In this document: piece after piece, positions 1 through 9,100 of the stretch | Layout: the number at the start of each line of letters is the position of its first letter | Position numbering within the stretch: the stretch's first letter is position 1 | IMG/VR virus record: IMGVR_UViG_3300032216_001242 | Span: 1 to 27,871 of that record | Source of the DNA: a virus | Taxonomy: Duplodnaviria > Caudoviricetes | Strand: one strand, 5' to 3' | Length of the DNA stretch: 27,871 nt | Notes under the pieces: model-generated | Seen by the model: only the letters and a program-made list of their open reading frames with translations | Told to the model about the DNA's origin: nothing | The model's database searches: none | Translations under genes and position numbers: made by a program

Positions 1-15
1 ACAGTCCTCGACCAC

Positions 16-45
16 AAAAAACCCTTGGCAGTTTCCCGCCAAGGG
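16..45 (-). terminator. Rho-independent terminator ending the late/lysis region (and the candidate sRNA)
   Basis: Minus strand CCCTTGGCGG-GAAA-CTGCCAAGGG followed by TTTTTT. Confidence 0.85.
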
Positions 46-77
46 CAAGTCACGGGAGGAAACGATCAATGACCGCA
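16..77 (-). ncRNA. Candidate small RNA with anti-Shine-Dalgarno loop (UUCCUCCC) plus terminator hairpin
   Basis: Lies downstream of a late motif copy (109-122) with TTGCTG-17-AAGGAT; stem GTCAT/GTGAC encloses TGATCGTTTCCTCCC; terminator follows; no ORF on this strand. Confidence 0.5.
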
Positions 78-108
78 TAGCCATCCTTGCGAGAGCGTGG
101 CCGCCCAG

Positions 109-122
109 CAATGCACAGCTCA
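109..122 (-). promoter_or_regulatory. Late promoter/activator motif copy (TGAGCTGTGCATTG)
   Basis: GTGCATTG core shared with other copies; overlaps the stop codon of the SGNH gene. Confidence 0.6.
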
Positions 123-515
123 AGGCCAGCTCTTCATTGCCCAGCTTGCCAGCAACGCCGAGTTGTTGGGATGCACGCCGTCGCGCGTGGCAAAATTTCC
201 ATTGAGGGCGATCCAACCGTCATGCCATTCAAACGCCACTTGCTTGACCACGCTCGCCACGCTCCACGCATAAGGCAAAATCCATATGACCTGACGCGCC
301 GTGATCTTGGCCCGCAGCTTGCGCAGATGATCCGCCAAGCGCGGGTCGCCCAGATCGTTGGACCCCAGCGAGATGATCACCTTGTCAAAGCTAAGCTGCG
401 TTACCCGCGCCTCTTGATCCCTCGACGTCCGCCCGCCCTTTGCCGCCAGCGCGCAAGGCGTGAAGCCTGAAATGCCAACGGCGATGCTGTCGCCCACCAC
501 CACGCAATCCATCAT
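120..515 (-). CDS. SGNH/GDSL-type hydrolase (esterase/deacetylase-like)
   Basis: Block I VVGDS, block III LGSND, block V DGVHP; ATG at 515 overlaps the o-spanin stop (ATGA). Confidence 0.8.
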   Translation of the reverse strand: MMDCVVVGDSIAVGISGFTPCALAAKGGRTSRDQEARVTQLSFDKVIISLGSNDLGDPRLADHLRKLRAKITARQVIWILPYAWSVASVVKQVAFEWHDGWIALNGNFATRDGVHPNNSALLASWAMKSWP

Positions 516-712
516 GGCGCGCTCCCATTGCACCACGCATCGCGCCGCGCGTTGTTGGTCTTGACCTCGCCAATGGTCTGGTCCGTATCCTTCTTGGACC
601 AGCTGACGTCCCGCCAAACGGCGCAAGCGGAACGGTTAGTCCCGACTGTTCCTATCGGGATTGCGCAGCCCGTCACCAGACAGCCGCAAATTATCACCAG
701 CACGAAGCGCAT
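512..712 (-). CDS. o-spanin (Rz1-like lipoprotein)
   Basis: Signal peptide with lipobox LVTG-C, two further Cys, overlaps the 3' end of the i-spanin gene in another frame. Confidence 0.75.
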   Translation of the reverse strand: MRFVLVIICGCLVTGCAIPIGTVGTNRSACAVWRDVSWSKKDTDQTIGEVKTNNARRDAWCNGSAP

Positions 713-866
713 CTTGTGTCCTCCTCAATGCGTCAGCCGTCGCCTCTGCCTCGACCTGAGCCACAGCGTCCGACCTGATTTTCCAGTAGGTTCCAACCAG
801 CAACGACACCGCCACAAAAGCGATCAGCGCGTAGCGGCCAATGGGGGAGAAGAGCAGGGCAATCAT
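636..866 (-). CDS. i-spanin (Rz-like)
   Basis: N-terminal TM helix then Ala/Arg-rich helical stretch; ATG at 866 overlaps the endolysin stop. Confidence 0.7.
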   Translation of the reverse strand: MIALLFSPIGRYALIAFVAVSLLVGTYWKIRSDAVAQVEAEATADALRRTQDALRAGDNLRLSGDGLRNPDRNSRD

Positions 867-1699
867 ACGCCATGCTCCTGCATGTGTTTGCTGCGCCAAT
901 ACCAAATGGCCGCGCCGATCCCCACCACAGCCACCATGATCAAGAAGTTTGGCGAGCGGATCAGGTTCATGATCTGATCAAAGACGTCGTTGGCCTGTTG
1001 CACTTGGACCACCACCTCGTTGACAGCCCCGACGCTGCCGAGCGCGCCGATGGCGATGGCTCCGTTGCCCTGCTTGCTATCGAGCATTGTCTTGGGTGGC
1101 GGGGGCGCAGCCTCCACAGCAGGCGGCTCCGCCACAGCGGCGATAGGCCCAGGAATTTCCTCGCGCAGCCACAAAGCCTTGGCGCGAGCGAGGTTCACCC
1201 TCCGATCCTCCAGCCCATTGATCCCGCCGTTGATCTTCTTGGTGATGGCCAGCACGTCGTCGGCGTCAGCCAGCGCGTTGAGTTTGCGGCTCTTCCAATA
1301 CTCGCAAGCGATCAGCAAGGCGACGTCTGGCTTTGCGGCCAGCTCTGGATTGATCACCAAGTCACGCCCGATTCGTTTGCTCATATCCGCATAGTTGGCG
1401 CGGCCCGTCAGCTGGAAGATGCCGCGACCACGGAACAGATAGCCGTCGCCGTCCTGCGTGTTGCCGAGGTTCTTGCGCCCCTCGTATTTGGTTTGAGCTG
1501 GCGTCGGCCCCCAGATTTCCGTCAGGTATTTGAACCCGCCCGACTCATGCGCGGCCTGCGCCCAAAAGTGGCAGCGGCGCAGCGGCGTGTTGATCTCATA
1601 CTTTTCAAAGAGGTCGGGGCACGCCTTGGCCAACGCCGTCACTGTCTCCAGTTTTGCGTGCGGCCCAAGATTGTGCAACTGATCTGCAAGGTCGCTCAT
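863..1699 (-). CDS. Endolysin, glycoside hydrolase family 19, with Pro-rich linker and hydrophobic C-terminal tail
   Basis: HFWAQAAHESGGF, LGNTQDGDGYLFRGRGIFQLTGRANY, ITKKINGGINGLEDR motifs; AGGAGG RBS. Confidence 0.9.
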   Translation of the reverse strand: MSDLADQLHNLGPHAKLETVTALAKACPDLFEKYEINTPLRRCHFWAQAAHESGGFKYLTEIWGPTPAQTKYEGRKNLGNTQDGDGYLFRGRGIFQLTGRANYADMSKRIGRDLVINPELAAKPDVALLIACEYWKSRKLNALADADDVLAITKKINGGINGLEDRRVNLARAKALWLREEIPGPIAAVAEPPAVEAAPPPPKTMLDSKQGNGAIAIGALGSVGAVNEVVVQVQQANDVFDQIMNLIRSPNFLIMVAVVGIGAAIWYWRSKHMQEHGV

Positions 1700-1700
1700 A

Positions 1701-2156
1701 TCACCTCCTTAAGATGAACACGGAATAAAGCAGGAACCCAAGAATGCCGATCAGGATCACCACCAGAAAGATCACAGCCAGAGTCTCGATCATGGCTTCG
1801 CGGTCTTTGGCTTCTTGTTCTGCCTCGGCCTTCATTTGTTTGCGGATAAAGATGACGTTGCGTTGGATGTCGTCCCAAGCGTTCAGCCCATACTCGCTGA
1901 TGATCATGCTTTTGACTTTGGCCTCGATGTCGAGAGCTTCCATCTTTGCGGTGTAGGCTTCGATGGCTTGCGCTTCCGCCGACCCTTTGGTGCGCCAGCC
2001 CTTTGGTTGATGAGCAATCTTTGTGAGTTGACCGACCCCGTTCATCAGATCAGACAGCGTCCCCGCGACAGAGGACAGCTCTCGGCCAATCTCCACGGAC
2101 GCCTTAATGGTCGAGTGGGCGGTCTTGATCGCGGCCAGAATTGTCAGCGGGTCCAT
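1701..2156 (-). CDS. Phage membrane protein (helical body, single C-terminal TM) in the lysis cassette
   Basis: C-terminal LAVIFLVVILIGILGFLLYSVFIL; GGAG RBS; ends 1 nt before the endolysin start. Confidence 0.65.
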   Translation of the reverse strand: MDPLTILAAIKTAHSTIKASVEIGRELSSVAGTLSDLMNGVGQLTKIAHQPKGWRTKGSAEAQAIEAYTAKMEALDIEAKVKSMIISEYGLNAWDDIQRNVIFIRKQMKAEAEQEAKDREAMIETLAVIFLVVILIGILGFLLYSVFILRR

Positions 2157-2349
2157 GCTTTTGCTCTTTCAAGTCTCTCCAAGCGATTACAATTCGAATG
2201 CTCAACAGCAACAGCCCGCCAAACAACGTCATCATTTGCGCCGCCTCCGCCAGATGCACGACCCAAAGCGGCATAGTGATGGCCCCCGACGCAATGGTCG
2301 TATCCAGCACCAGCTTTGTCTCTGAAATGTTCTGGAGATTGTCAGACAT
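2104..2349 (-). CDS. Small membrane protein, possible holin
   Basis: 1-2 hydrophobic segments, charged C-terminal tail, position upstream of the endolysin. Confidence 0.5.
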   Translation of the reverse strand: MSDNLQNISETKLVLDTTIASGAITMPLWVVHLAEAAQMMTLFGGLLLLSIRIVIAWRDLKEQKHGPADNSGRDQDRPLDH

Positions 2350-2351
2350 GA

Positions 2352-3275
2352 TCAGAGCTCCGCACTAAGTGTAGTCGGTGTAGTAGTCCTATAAAAACAG
2401 TTACCCGCAACCGTGGAAATCGCATCAAAAACTACTGTATTGATGGTTGTTGTAAGTGTTGGAGAGGGAACATTTTGTACACTCCATCCACTTGCACTTG
2501 CAGTTGGTGCTGTTCGCATAGTTACTGGCAAAGATATCGTTGTCTGCAAATTATTACCAGCAGCATATGCCAAGTATGCGGTCATATAGACATTGTTTAT
2601 CAACTGATAATACCGTTGGCACAGCATCAACTCCTGCCCATACTGCCGCCGCTCAAAGGGCGTAGCGACCGATCCTGCTTCAAGCTGGATATTAGTTATG
2701 GTCAAAGTGCCTGTAGTAATGCCGACGGCTGCACGAAATTCAATGCGCAAACCGTTTGATGCACCAGCTGGCAATGCCACTTGAAACGAATATGTTGTAG
2801 CTGTTGGCGATATGGTGATTGTGCTTAGCGCAACATTGGTGACCGAGGTATAGTTATCTGATGCAGTTGGAAAATCTATCGAATAGGTCAAGGTTGTGAT
2901 CGACGATGATTTTACATTAAGGCTAATGGTTACGGTTGTTCCCGCAAGATCAGCAATGTTATTGCTTTCAATCTTTTGTCCAATAACTGCATAACTGTTG
3001 CTGGCCGCTCCTGTGATTTGCAATCCAGATGGACCTGACACACGCTGGTAAGCAAGCGCAGCACCGAGCGTAAAACCATACCAGCGGTCAACGGTATAAA
3101 TCTGCGAGCTGACTGATACGCTAAGCGATGCCCCCGCATTGCGCTGGTCAATCCGCATATCGCCATTGATGATGCGGTTGCGCATGGACAGCGACCCACC
3201 CTCAAAGGCCAGCTTTGAATTAGACACAAGCCCGGATGAATTGAGAAGGCCCGCGAGGTATGTTGCCATCGACAT
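2352..3275 (-). CDS. Tail fibre / receptor-binding-associated protein with carbohydrate-binding-like core
   Basis: RNRIINGDMRIDQRN and IQLEAGSVATPFERRQYGQELMLCQRYY motifs typical of phage fibre proteins; Thr/Ser-rich; AT-richer than the structural core. Confidence 0.7.
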   Translation of the reverse strand: MSMATYLAGLLNSSGLVSNSKLAFEGGSLSMRNRIINGDMRIDQRNAGASLSVSVSSQIYTVDRWYGFTLGAALAYQRVSGPSGLQITGAASNSYAVIGQKIESNNIADLAGTTVTISLNVKSSSITTLTYSIDFPTASDNYTSVTNVALSTITISPTATTYSFQVALPAGASNGLRIEFRAAVGITTGTLTITNIQLEAGSVATPFERRQYGQELMLCQRYYQLINNVYMTAYLAYAAGNNLQTTISLPVTMRTAPTASASGWSVQNVPSPTLTTTINTVVFDAISTVAGNCFYRTTTPTTLSAEL

Positions 3276-3279
3276 TGCG

Positions 3280-3546
3280 TTAGCCTTTCTGGATGTTAAT
3301 GAGGCGACTGTTAGGTTCTAAGGCGACAAAGGCGTGATAGACGCCGGGCTCCCAATCAAGCAATGCACCAGTCTTAATTTCAGTTTCCCATCCATCGCCG
3401 CTGGCTTTGAACGAACCACGCGCTACGATTGAGATGTGAACATCAAGCTCGGTGTGCGTGTGCCGCTCAAGCTCATCGCCGACGTTGTCAAAATCGTAGA
3501 TTGTGCCGCGCAGTTTACCAAGCGCAAGAGGACTAGGATGCAACAA
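3280..3546 (-). CDS. Small cupin-fold protein
   Basis: HTH...H...ARGS and GVYHAFVALE cupin motifs; TTG start with GGAGG RBS. Confidence 0.7.
   Translation of the reverse strand: MLHPSPLALGKLRGTIYDFDNVGDELERHTHTELDVHISIVARGSFKASGDGWETEIKTGALLDWEPGVYHAFVALEPNSRLINIQKG
3361..3373 (-). promoter_or_regulatory. Possible internal copy of the late motif upstream of the second fibre gene
   Basis: GACTGGTGCATTG inside the cupin gene, ~85 nt upstream of the 3275 start. Confidence 0.3.
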
Positions 3547-3787
3547 TGGTTGGGCCTCCCTCGATAATTTGTTCAGGCACGGTTATTGGCGCGACATATT
3601 CGACGGGTGGAGGGTTAGGCGTAAACGTCCAGCCGGGTGGATCAGCCACAACATACTGCCCGTCTGGGGCAGCAGGCGGCTCTTGCTTCAGCCAATACAT
3701 TGGCACCTCAGCATCGTCTTCGATCTGCTGCGTCTCGCCTGTCAAGTAGGCTGTATATTGATGGTAACGATAGATCGTGATCATCAT
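3533..3787 (-). CDS. Putative tail fibre assembly/chaperone-like protein
   Basis: Small acidic Pro-rich protein directly after the fibre gene; GAGG RBS before ATG 3787. Confidence 0.55.
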   Translation of the reverse strand: MMITIYRYHQYTAYLTGETQQIEDDAEVPMYWLKQEPPAAPDGQYVVADPPGWTFTPNPPPVEYVAPITVPEQIIEGGPTIVAS

Positions 3788-3792
3788 TGCCC

Positions 3793-6084
3793 TCACGTCT
3801 TGATGTAATTGTAGACAAGCATTTGATTTGATGAGTTAGTTGTCGTGATAGTTGGCACAGGGAATTGCGTGGCTGCCGTGTAATTATACAAATCAGAGGC
3901 AACGCTGCGCAGCGGTGTCGCGCTATCATAGCCGTAAAAACGAGTGCCAGTAGATGGCGTTGCAGAGATGTAAGCCTGTGGGTATCCTGTTACTTTAGTC
4001 GGGGTTAGCCAATTAATTAAATCAAGGCTAATTGTAGTTTGCGACGTATAAGCATTGGCGTTGCCACGAATACGAACTGTTGGGCCGCCTGTTGCGATAA
4101 GAGACCAAGAGCTTGCTGCGCCTGTTGTGCTGGTCCAAATATTGCCAGAGTTGGTCGTAATGATATAGCGACCATTGACATAAGAGATGCCGCCAGCAGT
4201 ATCAGAAATTGCGCCAGTTAAAGTGACGCCCATTGTTGACGTAATGTCTGTCCACGTTAGTGCATCTGTAGAATAGTAAACAGTGAAGACGCCATTAAGG
4301 CTCGACAAAATAACAGCACTTGTCGAACTTGCAGCAACGTAAAGAATATATTGATATGATGAATTAGAAGGAATTGTAGTTGAGTTTATGGTCCATGTGA
4401 TCCCATCAGTGCTGGTATGTATCCGCAAATAAGCAGGACCGAATGCGCAGCAAGCCCCCGTATTATAAGAATTTGATACTCCAATAAACCGATTGCCTGT
4501 AGATCCAAAAGCCAAATCATTGAAATTATAACTATTAGTTCCCACGGAACCAGAAGCACGGTGCGTCCACGTCACCAAATCAGGGGATGTGACAACATAA
4601 GTAATTGCGGAGTTAGGGGCATATGTTGACGTCATTACATAAATGCTGTTTCCATAAGCAACATAGTTTTTGTTCATTGTAGGGTAAACATTTCCGCCTG
4701 CGCGCAACGTCCATGTTGTTCCGTCTGTGCTAGTTTGCAATCCATTGGCGAGTGCCCCAGCAGCGGATGAGCTGGCTGTTCCTGTGCGAAACAAAACATT
4801 GTTTGCAATTTGAATTGGATAGTAATTGTTTGCAATGGCATTGGTGTTAGCCAAGAAAGTTTGCACAGGCGCGACAGGCGTGCCGATTAAAGCGGCAAGG
4901 GCTGGATATGTAGTGCGTGTGTAGATTGATCCGTCGCAACGAAGATACCCTGTAAGCGATGATTGCACGCTTGTCTGGATATTGCCCACTGCGTTAACCA
5001 CAGCCCATGTGCCGTCGCCGCGCAAAAAGGTTGTGCTGTCAGCCGTGCCAGACCCAAGAACTGCAGGAGCAAGATAGCCACTGGAAACTGCAGATGCTGG
5101 AATGCTTGCTACATTAAACGTGCCGTAGCCAATAATGTCTACGTTGTCGCCAGAAGCAGCAGCGGACAGCAATACAATTTGCGTGCCACTTGTGTCGGTA
5201 AAGTCAACTGTGCGCGTTAATTTTGCACCATTGCGGAACACATCAACGTAGCCGCCAATGTCATACACGGCAGCAAAAGTGGTTTGCCCAGAAGTGGCTG
5301 TGTAATTGTAACGAGCCGATGTGCCATTGACTACAGATGCAGCTGCTACCCAACCAGTTCCATTCCAAACTTTCATGATGGAAGAAGAGGTGTCATAATA
5401 CAAATCACCAGCCGTTAAAACGCTGCCGTTGCCATCAGTTGTAGGAGCAGTTGCGCTTCCACCAACGTAAGTTGATTTGAAAGAAGTCAACAAAGCCGCC
5501 GCAGATGTGGCCGACGTTGAAGCTGCTGTTGCCGATCCAGCCGCTGCCGTAGCTGAAGTTGCCGCCGCTGAAGCATATGAAGCTCCAATAGCATTGTTGG
5601 CATCGGCATAGGCTTTTGTCACTGCATCCGTGCTAGCCGTAGGCGTGCCAAGGTTAGTGATCCTATTGCCTTTGGCCAGATAGGCACCAGACCCGTCAAC
5701 GTCGCTGGTTGCCAACTGTGGAGCGCGAGCAAACCCATCTCTGATTTGCTGAACCATAGCAACAAGTTTGGAAAGAAATGTGTTAAGCGCGCCAATTTGA
5801 AACGGGCCAGTGATCGGAAGCTCGGTCGTGCGGTTGTAGGGCACAGCGCGGACAATGGAAATGGCGTCGCCCGACGTTGCACCGCTTGTCAAAGTGACGG
5901 TTAGCCCGCTAGACGCCCCATAATTGGTAACGGTGTAGTTAGTGGCCAGCGTCAGCAGCGCGCCGTTCTTGTAGACTTTGAGGTCGCTGGCGTCAAAGCA
6001 AACGAACGACAAGGAAAAAACGGTCTGGCCGCTGGTCGCCACATAGTCGGCGCGAGCAGTGACGTCATTGATTGTAATGCCCAT
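3793..6084 (-). CDS. Tail fibre protein (podovirus N-terminal anchor, Ala/Ser/Thr stalk, collar-like motif, Asp-box repeat region)
   Basis: N-terminal YVATSGQTVF..DLKVYKNG anchor, NRITNLGTP..DAVTKAY, GYLRCDGS collar-like motif, repeated S-x-D-G/L-x-T-W; AGGAGG RBS. Confidence 0.85.
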   Translation of the reverse strand: MGITINDVTARADYVATSGQTVFSLSFVCFDASDLKVYKNGALLTLATNYTVTNYGASSGLTVTLTSGATSGDAISIVRAVPYNRTTELPITGPFQIGALNTFLSKLVAMVQQIRDGFARAPQLATSDVDGSGAYLAKGNRITNLGTPTASTDAVTKAYADANNAIGASYASAAATSATAAAGSATAASTSATSAAALLTSFKSTYVGGSATAPTTDGNGSVLTAGDLYYDTSSSIMKVWNGTGWVAAASVVNGTSARYNYTATSGQTTFAAVYDIGGYVDVFRNGAKLTRTVDFTDTSGTQIVLLSAAASGDNVDIIGYGTFNVASIPASAVSSGYLAPAVLGSGTADSTTFLRGDGTWAVVNAVGNIQTSVQSSLTGYLRCDGSIYTRTTYPALAALIGTPVAPVQTFLANTNAIANNYYPIQIANNVLFRTGTASSSAAGALANGLQTSTDGTTWTLRAGGNVYPTMNKNYVAYGNSIYVMTSTYAPNSAITYVVTSPDLVTWTHRASGSVGTNSYNFNDLAFGSTGNRFIGVSNSYNTGACCAFGPAYLRIHTSTDGITWTINSTTIPSNSSYQYILYVAASSTSAVILSSLNGVFTVYYSTDALTWTDITSTMGVTLTGAISDTAGGISYVNGRYIITTNSGNIWTSTTGAASSWSLIATGGPTVRIRGNANAYTSQTTISLDLINWLTPTKVTGYPQAYISATPSTGTRFYGYDSATPLRSVASDLYNYTAATQFPVPTITTTNSSNQMLVYNYIKT

Positions 6085-6127
6085 GGTCGGCCTCCTACCT
6101 GTTTATTCTAATCAGAGCGATTTCAGA

Positions 6128-6139
6128 CAATGCACTGGT
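6128..6139 (-). promoter_or_regulatory. Late motif copy upstream of the tail fibre gene (ACCAGTGCATTG)
   Basis: Intergenic, 44 nt upstream of ATG 6084. Confidence 0.65.
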
Positions 6140-6142
6140 GCG

Positions 6143-9100
6143 TCAGAACATCTTCTCTTGCCCATACATGGCCGCTTCTTGGCCCCACTTAAAAACATTT
6201 GAAAGATAGGGGATGTTGTTCAGCGGCACGGCACGACGGATCGTGTTAGCCCGCTGGTCCCGCGACATGTAGGGATCGGTGAAGACGTCGTAGAGTTTGA
6301 CTGCCGTGCTGCCCACCGCTCCAAATGGCGTTGTTGCAAGGTCAACGTCAGGATGATGCGAACGGAAAGCAGGTTGGAGGCCGAGCGCAGGACGCAGGCC
6401 GTAGGTGTTGTTGGTGCCAAACTCGATGGTCTTGTTAATGTCGGTCAGGCCAGCCGCCACGCCCGACAGTTCAAACGCCGTGGTCATCTTGTCGAGAAAC
6501 GACATCTTGTCCCATTGAGCGTCGGAGGATTTCATCCACGCCGACATGTAGCCCATGCCTGTCAGGGCAATGATCCCGCTCATGACGCCGGAGTCGCGCC
6601 CTTGCAACGCCGACAGCAGCACCTTGTTGTTGGCCGCGATGCCCCACGACATGAACTGAAACGGCAGTTTCAGCATAGCTATGTCGCGTTTGGACCCGTC
6701 TTTCCCATAGAGAAAACCTTGCCCAATGTCGGTCTTGTCGGTTGGCCCAGGCGTTACGATAATGCGCCTGTTCTCGCCTTGCACCGCGCTGGCAAACTTA
6801 ATAGCAAGCTCTTGGTCTTCCCACTTGCCGAGGTTCGGCACGTTGAGGTAGGTGGCCTTTTGAATGGGCATGTCCATCATGGCTTTGGCAATGCCCTCGT
6901 CGATGCCATAGGCCGCGAGGTTGCTGGCCAGCCGCTTGTCCGCTGCGCCGCTTGCCAACGTCCTGATGTCCTCGATCATAAAATGCGAGGACATGACCAT
7001 GGTGTAGTTCTTCAGCATGTCCGTGATGTGGGCCAGCCCGCTCATTACGAAGTAATGGCCTTGGGCAAAGTTGTTAAAGCCGCCCGTTTTCTCGCTCATC
7101 CATTTTGCCAAAGGCGTCTGGGTGGCGCGGCGTGGGCCGTGATCGGCCATCCAGTTCGCTGCCTGCATTCCATGCGAGACGTCCCAGCCTTCGTTGATCA
7201 GGGGGCGCAGATCGCCCAACACGGCTTTGAATGTGTCAAATTGGCCGATCAAGCCGTTCAGCGTAAAGCCGATCATGCGGTCGAGTCCATGCACCATGAT
7301 AGGACGGGCCGCTTCTACAATAGCGGATTTAACCACACCGCCCATCAGGGCCGTGTTGACGAAATTGACCGCCGTGTCAATGACAACGCGGTCCGCCGTC
7401 AGAGCCAAGCCTGCGCCCATCCGCATCTGCGCGGTGCGCATGAGAACTTCGATGTCGCGGCTCCAACCCCGCATGGCCTGCACGTATTCGTCCTTCGAGC
7501 CCTTCCATTCCTTAGCCGCTTGGATGTAGGCGTCGTGAATGGCGTCCTTGGCGAGCGGGTCGCCCTTGAACATGCGGCTGTATTCGATGCCTGTGCCGCC
7601 GCGCTGCGCGTAATTGTGGATCAACTGAGAGACGTCGGTCTCCACAAAGTCAGCAATCTTCTCGCCGCTGATCGAGAGCTGGCGGTTGCGATTGTTCGAC
7701 CAGCCCAGCCGCTCGCTGGTGGTGCGAATGACGTCCTCGTCCTTAGTGATCAGCGCGCCAATGAAAGCGCGCGCGCCCTCGGCGGGGGAAGGATGGTGCA
7801 AATCGGAAGGCACGTCTTTGAAATGCTGCTCGAGGATAGCGTTCAGCCGCTGCGGGCCAGCTTGATCCTGCAAGACTTTCTCGACGTTCCACTGGTGCGG
7901 AAGGTAATTTTTCTCGTTGGACGGGCCAGCAAACTTAATATCGCCGCGCATGATCTTGGCAAGCAGCTCGTCGCTCTCCGCGTGCAAAGCGTCCAGCGCA
8001 GGGCTGCGGCGTTCGGCTGCGGCTTTGAGGTTGTCCAACGCCGTCTGAAGCTCGGGCGCACCCTGCAAGAACTGGTCGAGCGTTTGTCCGCCCGTCTTCC
8101 AGCGGGTGGCGAACAGCTTCTCCATCTCGACAGCCGTGCCGTCGCGCCCCGTAACCGTGCGGTAAAGGTTGGCCCATTGGTCCGCCACGCCCTTGAAGAC
8201 GCTCTCGATGGCGGTAGTTGGCGCGCGGTCCGTCGTCAGCCAGCTCACGCCTTGTTCGGCAAACCACTCGACAAAGTCCGCCCGATAGGCCTGATAGTTG
8301 GCAGGCAGGCTTGAGAACGCTTGATCCCTCTCCCCTGTGAGAACCGCCGTGTTGTCAACTTGATGCAACGACTTGTTGTCAACGCCGCGCCGCCACGCCT
8401 GATAAGCGTCCTGCACCGCCTTCTTCTCGGCTGGCGCAAGGTTCATGAAGATGTTGAAATCCACTGCGTGCGAGAACTCATGCAGGAACACCACGAGGTT
8501 TTCCATGGGGTTGTGATGCACGTTAAGAATCATCTCGCCGCCCTTAGAAACGGCGTCGGAGTAATTCATGTCGCCGCCGCGCAGCGGATTAACGGGGTCT
8601 CCCATCCAGACTTTGACTTCCGGTATGTCGAAATGCCCCGCCAACAGGTTGGACAGGTCTTGCAGTTGCGCCAAATGCTTAGGCACGTCGATAGTGCCGG
8701 GCGAGTCCGCGCGGCGCGGGCCGTGCTGATCAAACACCGAATGCCAGTCTTTGTCTCTGGGCTCCGCCGCCGCTGGATCTACCTCGCCGCCGCGCACTGT
8801 GCTTTCAACGGGTTTGACCTCTGGGCTGGTCAGGCTGTCCAGCAATTCCATTTGCTCGGGCGTCAGCTCGTGGCCGCTGGCGAGGCGCGCTTGCAGCTCG
8901 TCGGCCAACTCTTGACGGATGCGTTTGTCCGCTTCGACCGTCGCCGACAGAGCGTCAAACTTCACTTGCGCGTCGGCCTGCGTGTTGCGCACGACGTCCA
9001 TGTTGCGGTCCACAATGGCCGCAAGCTCTGCGTCGGACGCAATGCGGTCGTAGTCGATCCGCTTCACGCGGGACACAACGTCAAACAAAGCGCGGTTGGT

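Noticed and set aside
54-80. Plus-strand strong RBS GGGAGGA followed by ATG at 69
   Set aside because: The ORF is only ATG ACC GCA TAG; better explained as the anti-SD loop on the minus strand
5490-5600. Ala/Ser/Thr low-complexity repeats in the tail fibre
   Set aside because: Ordinary fibre stalk sequence
2352-6084. Diversity-generating retroelement, expected from the BPP-1-like gene order
   Set aside because: No reverse transcriptase and no TR/VR repeat pair seen in this window
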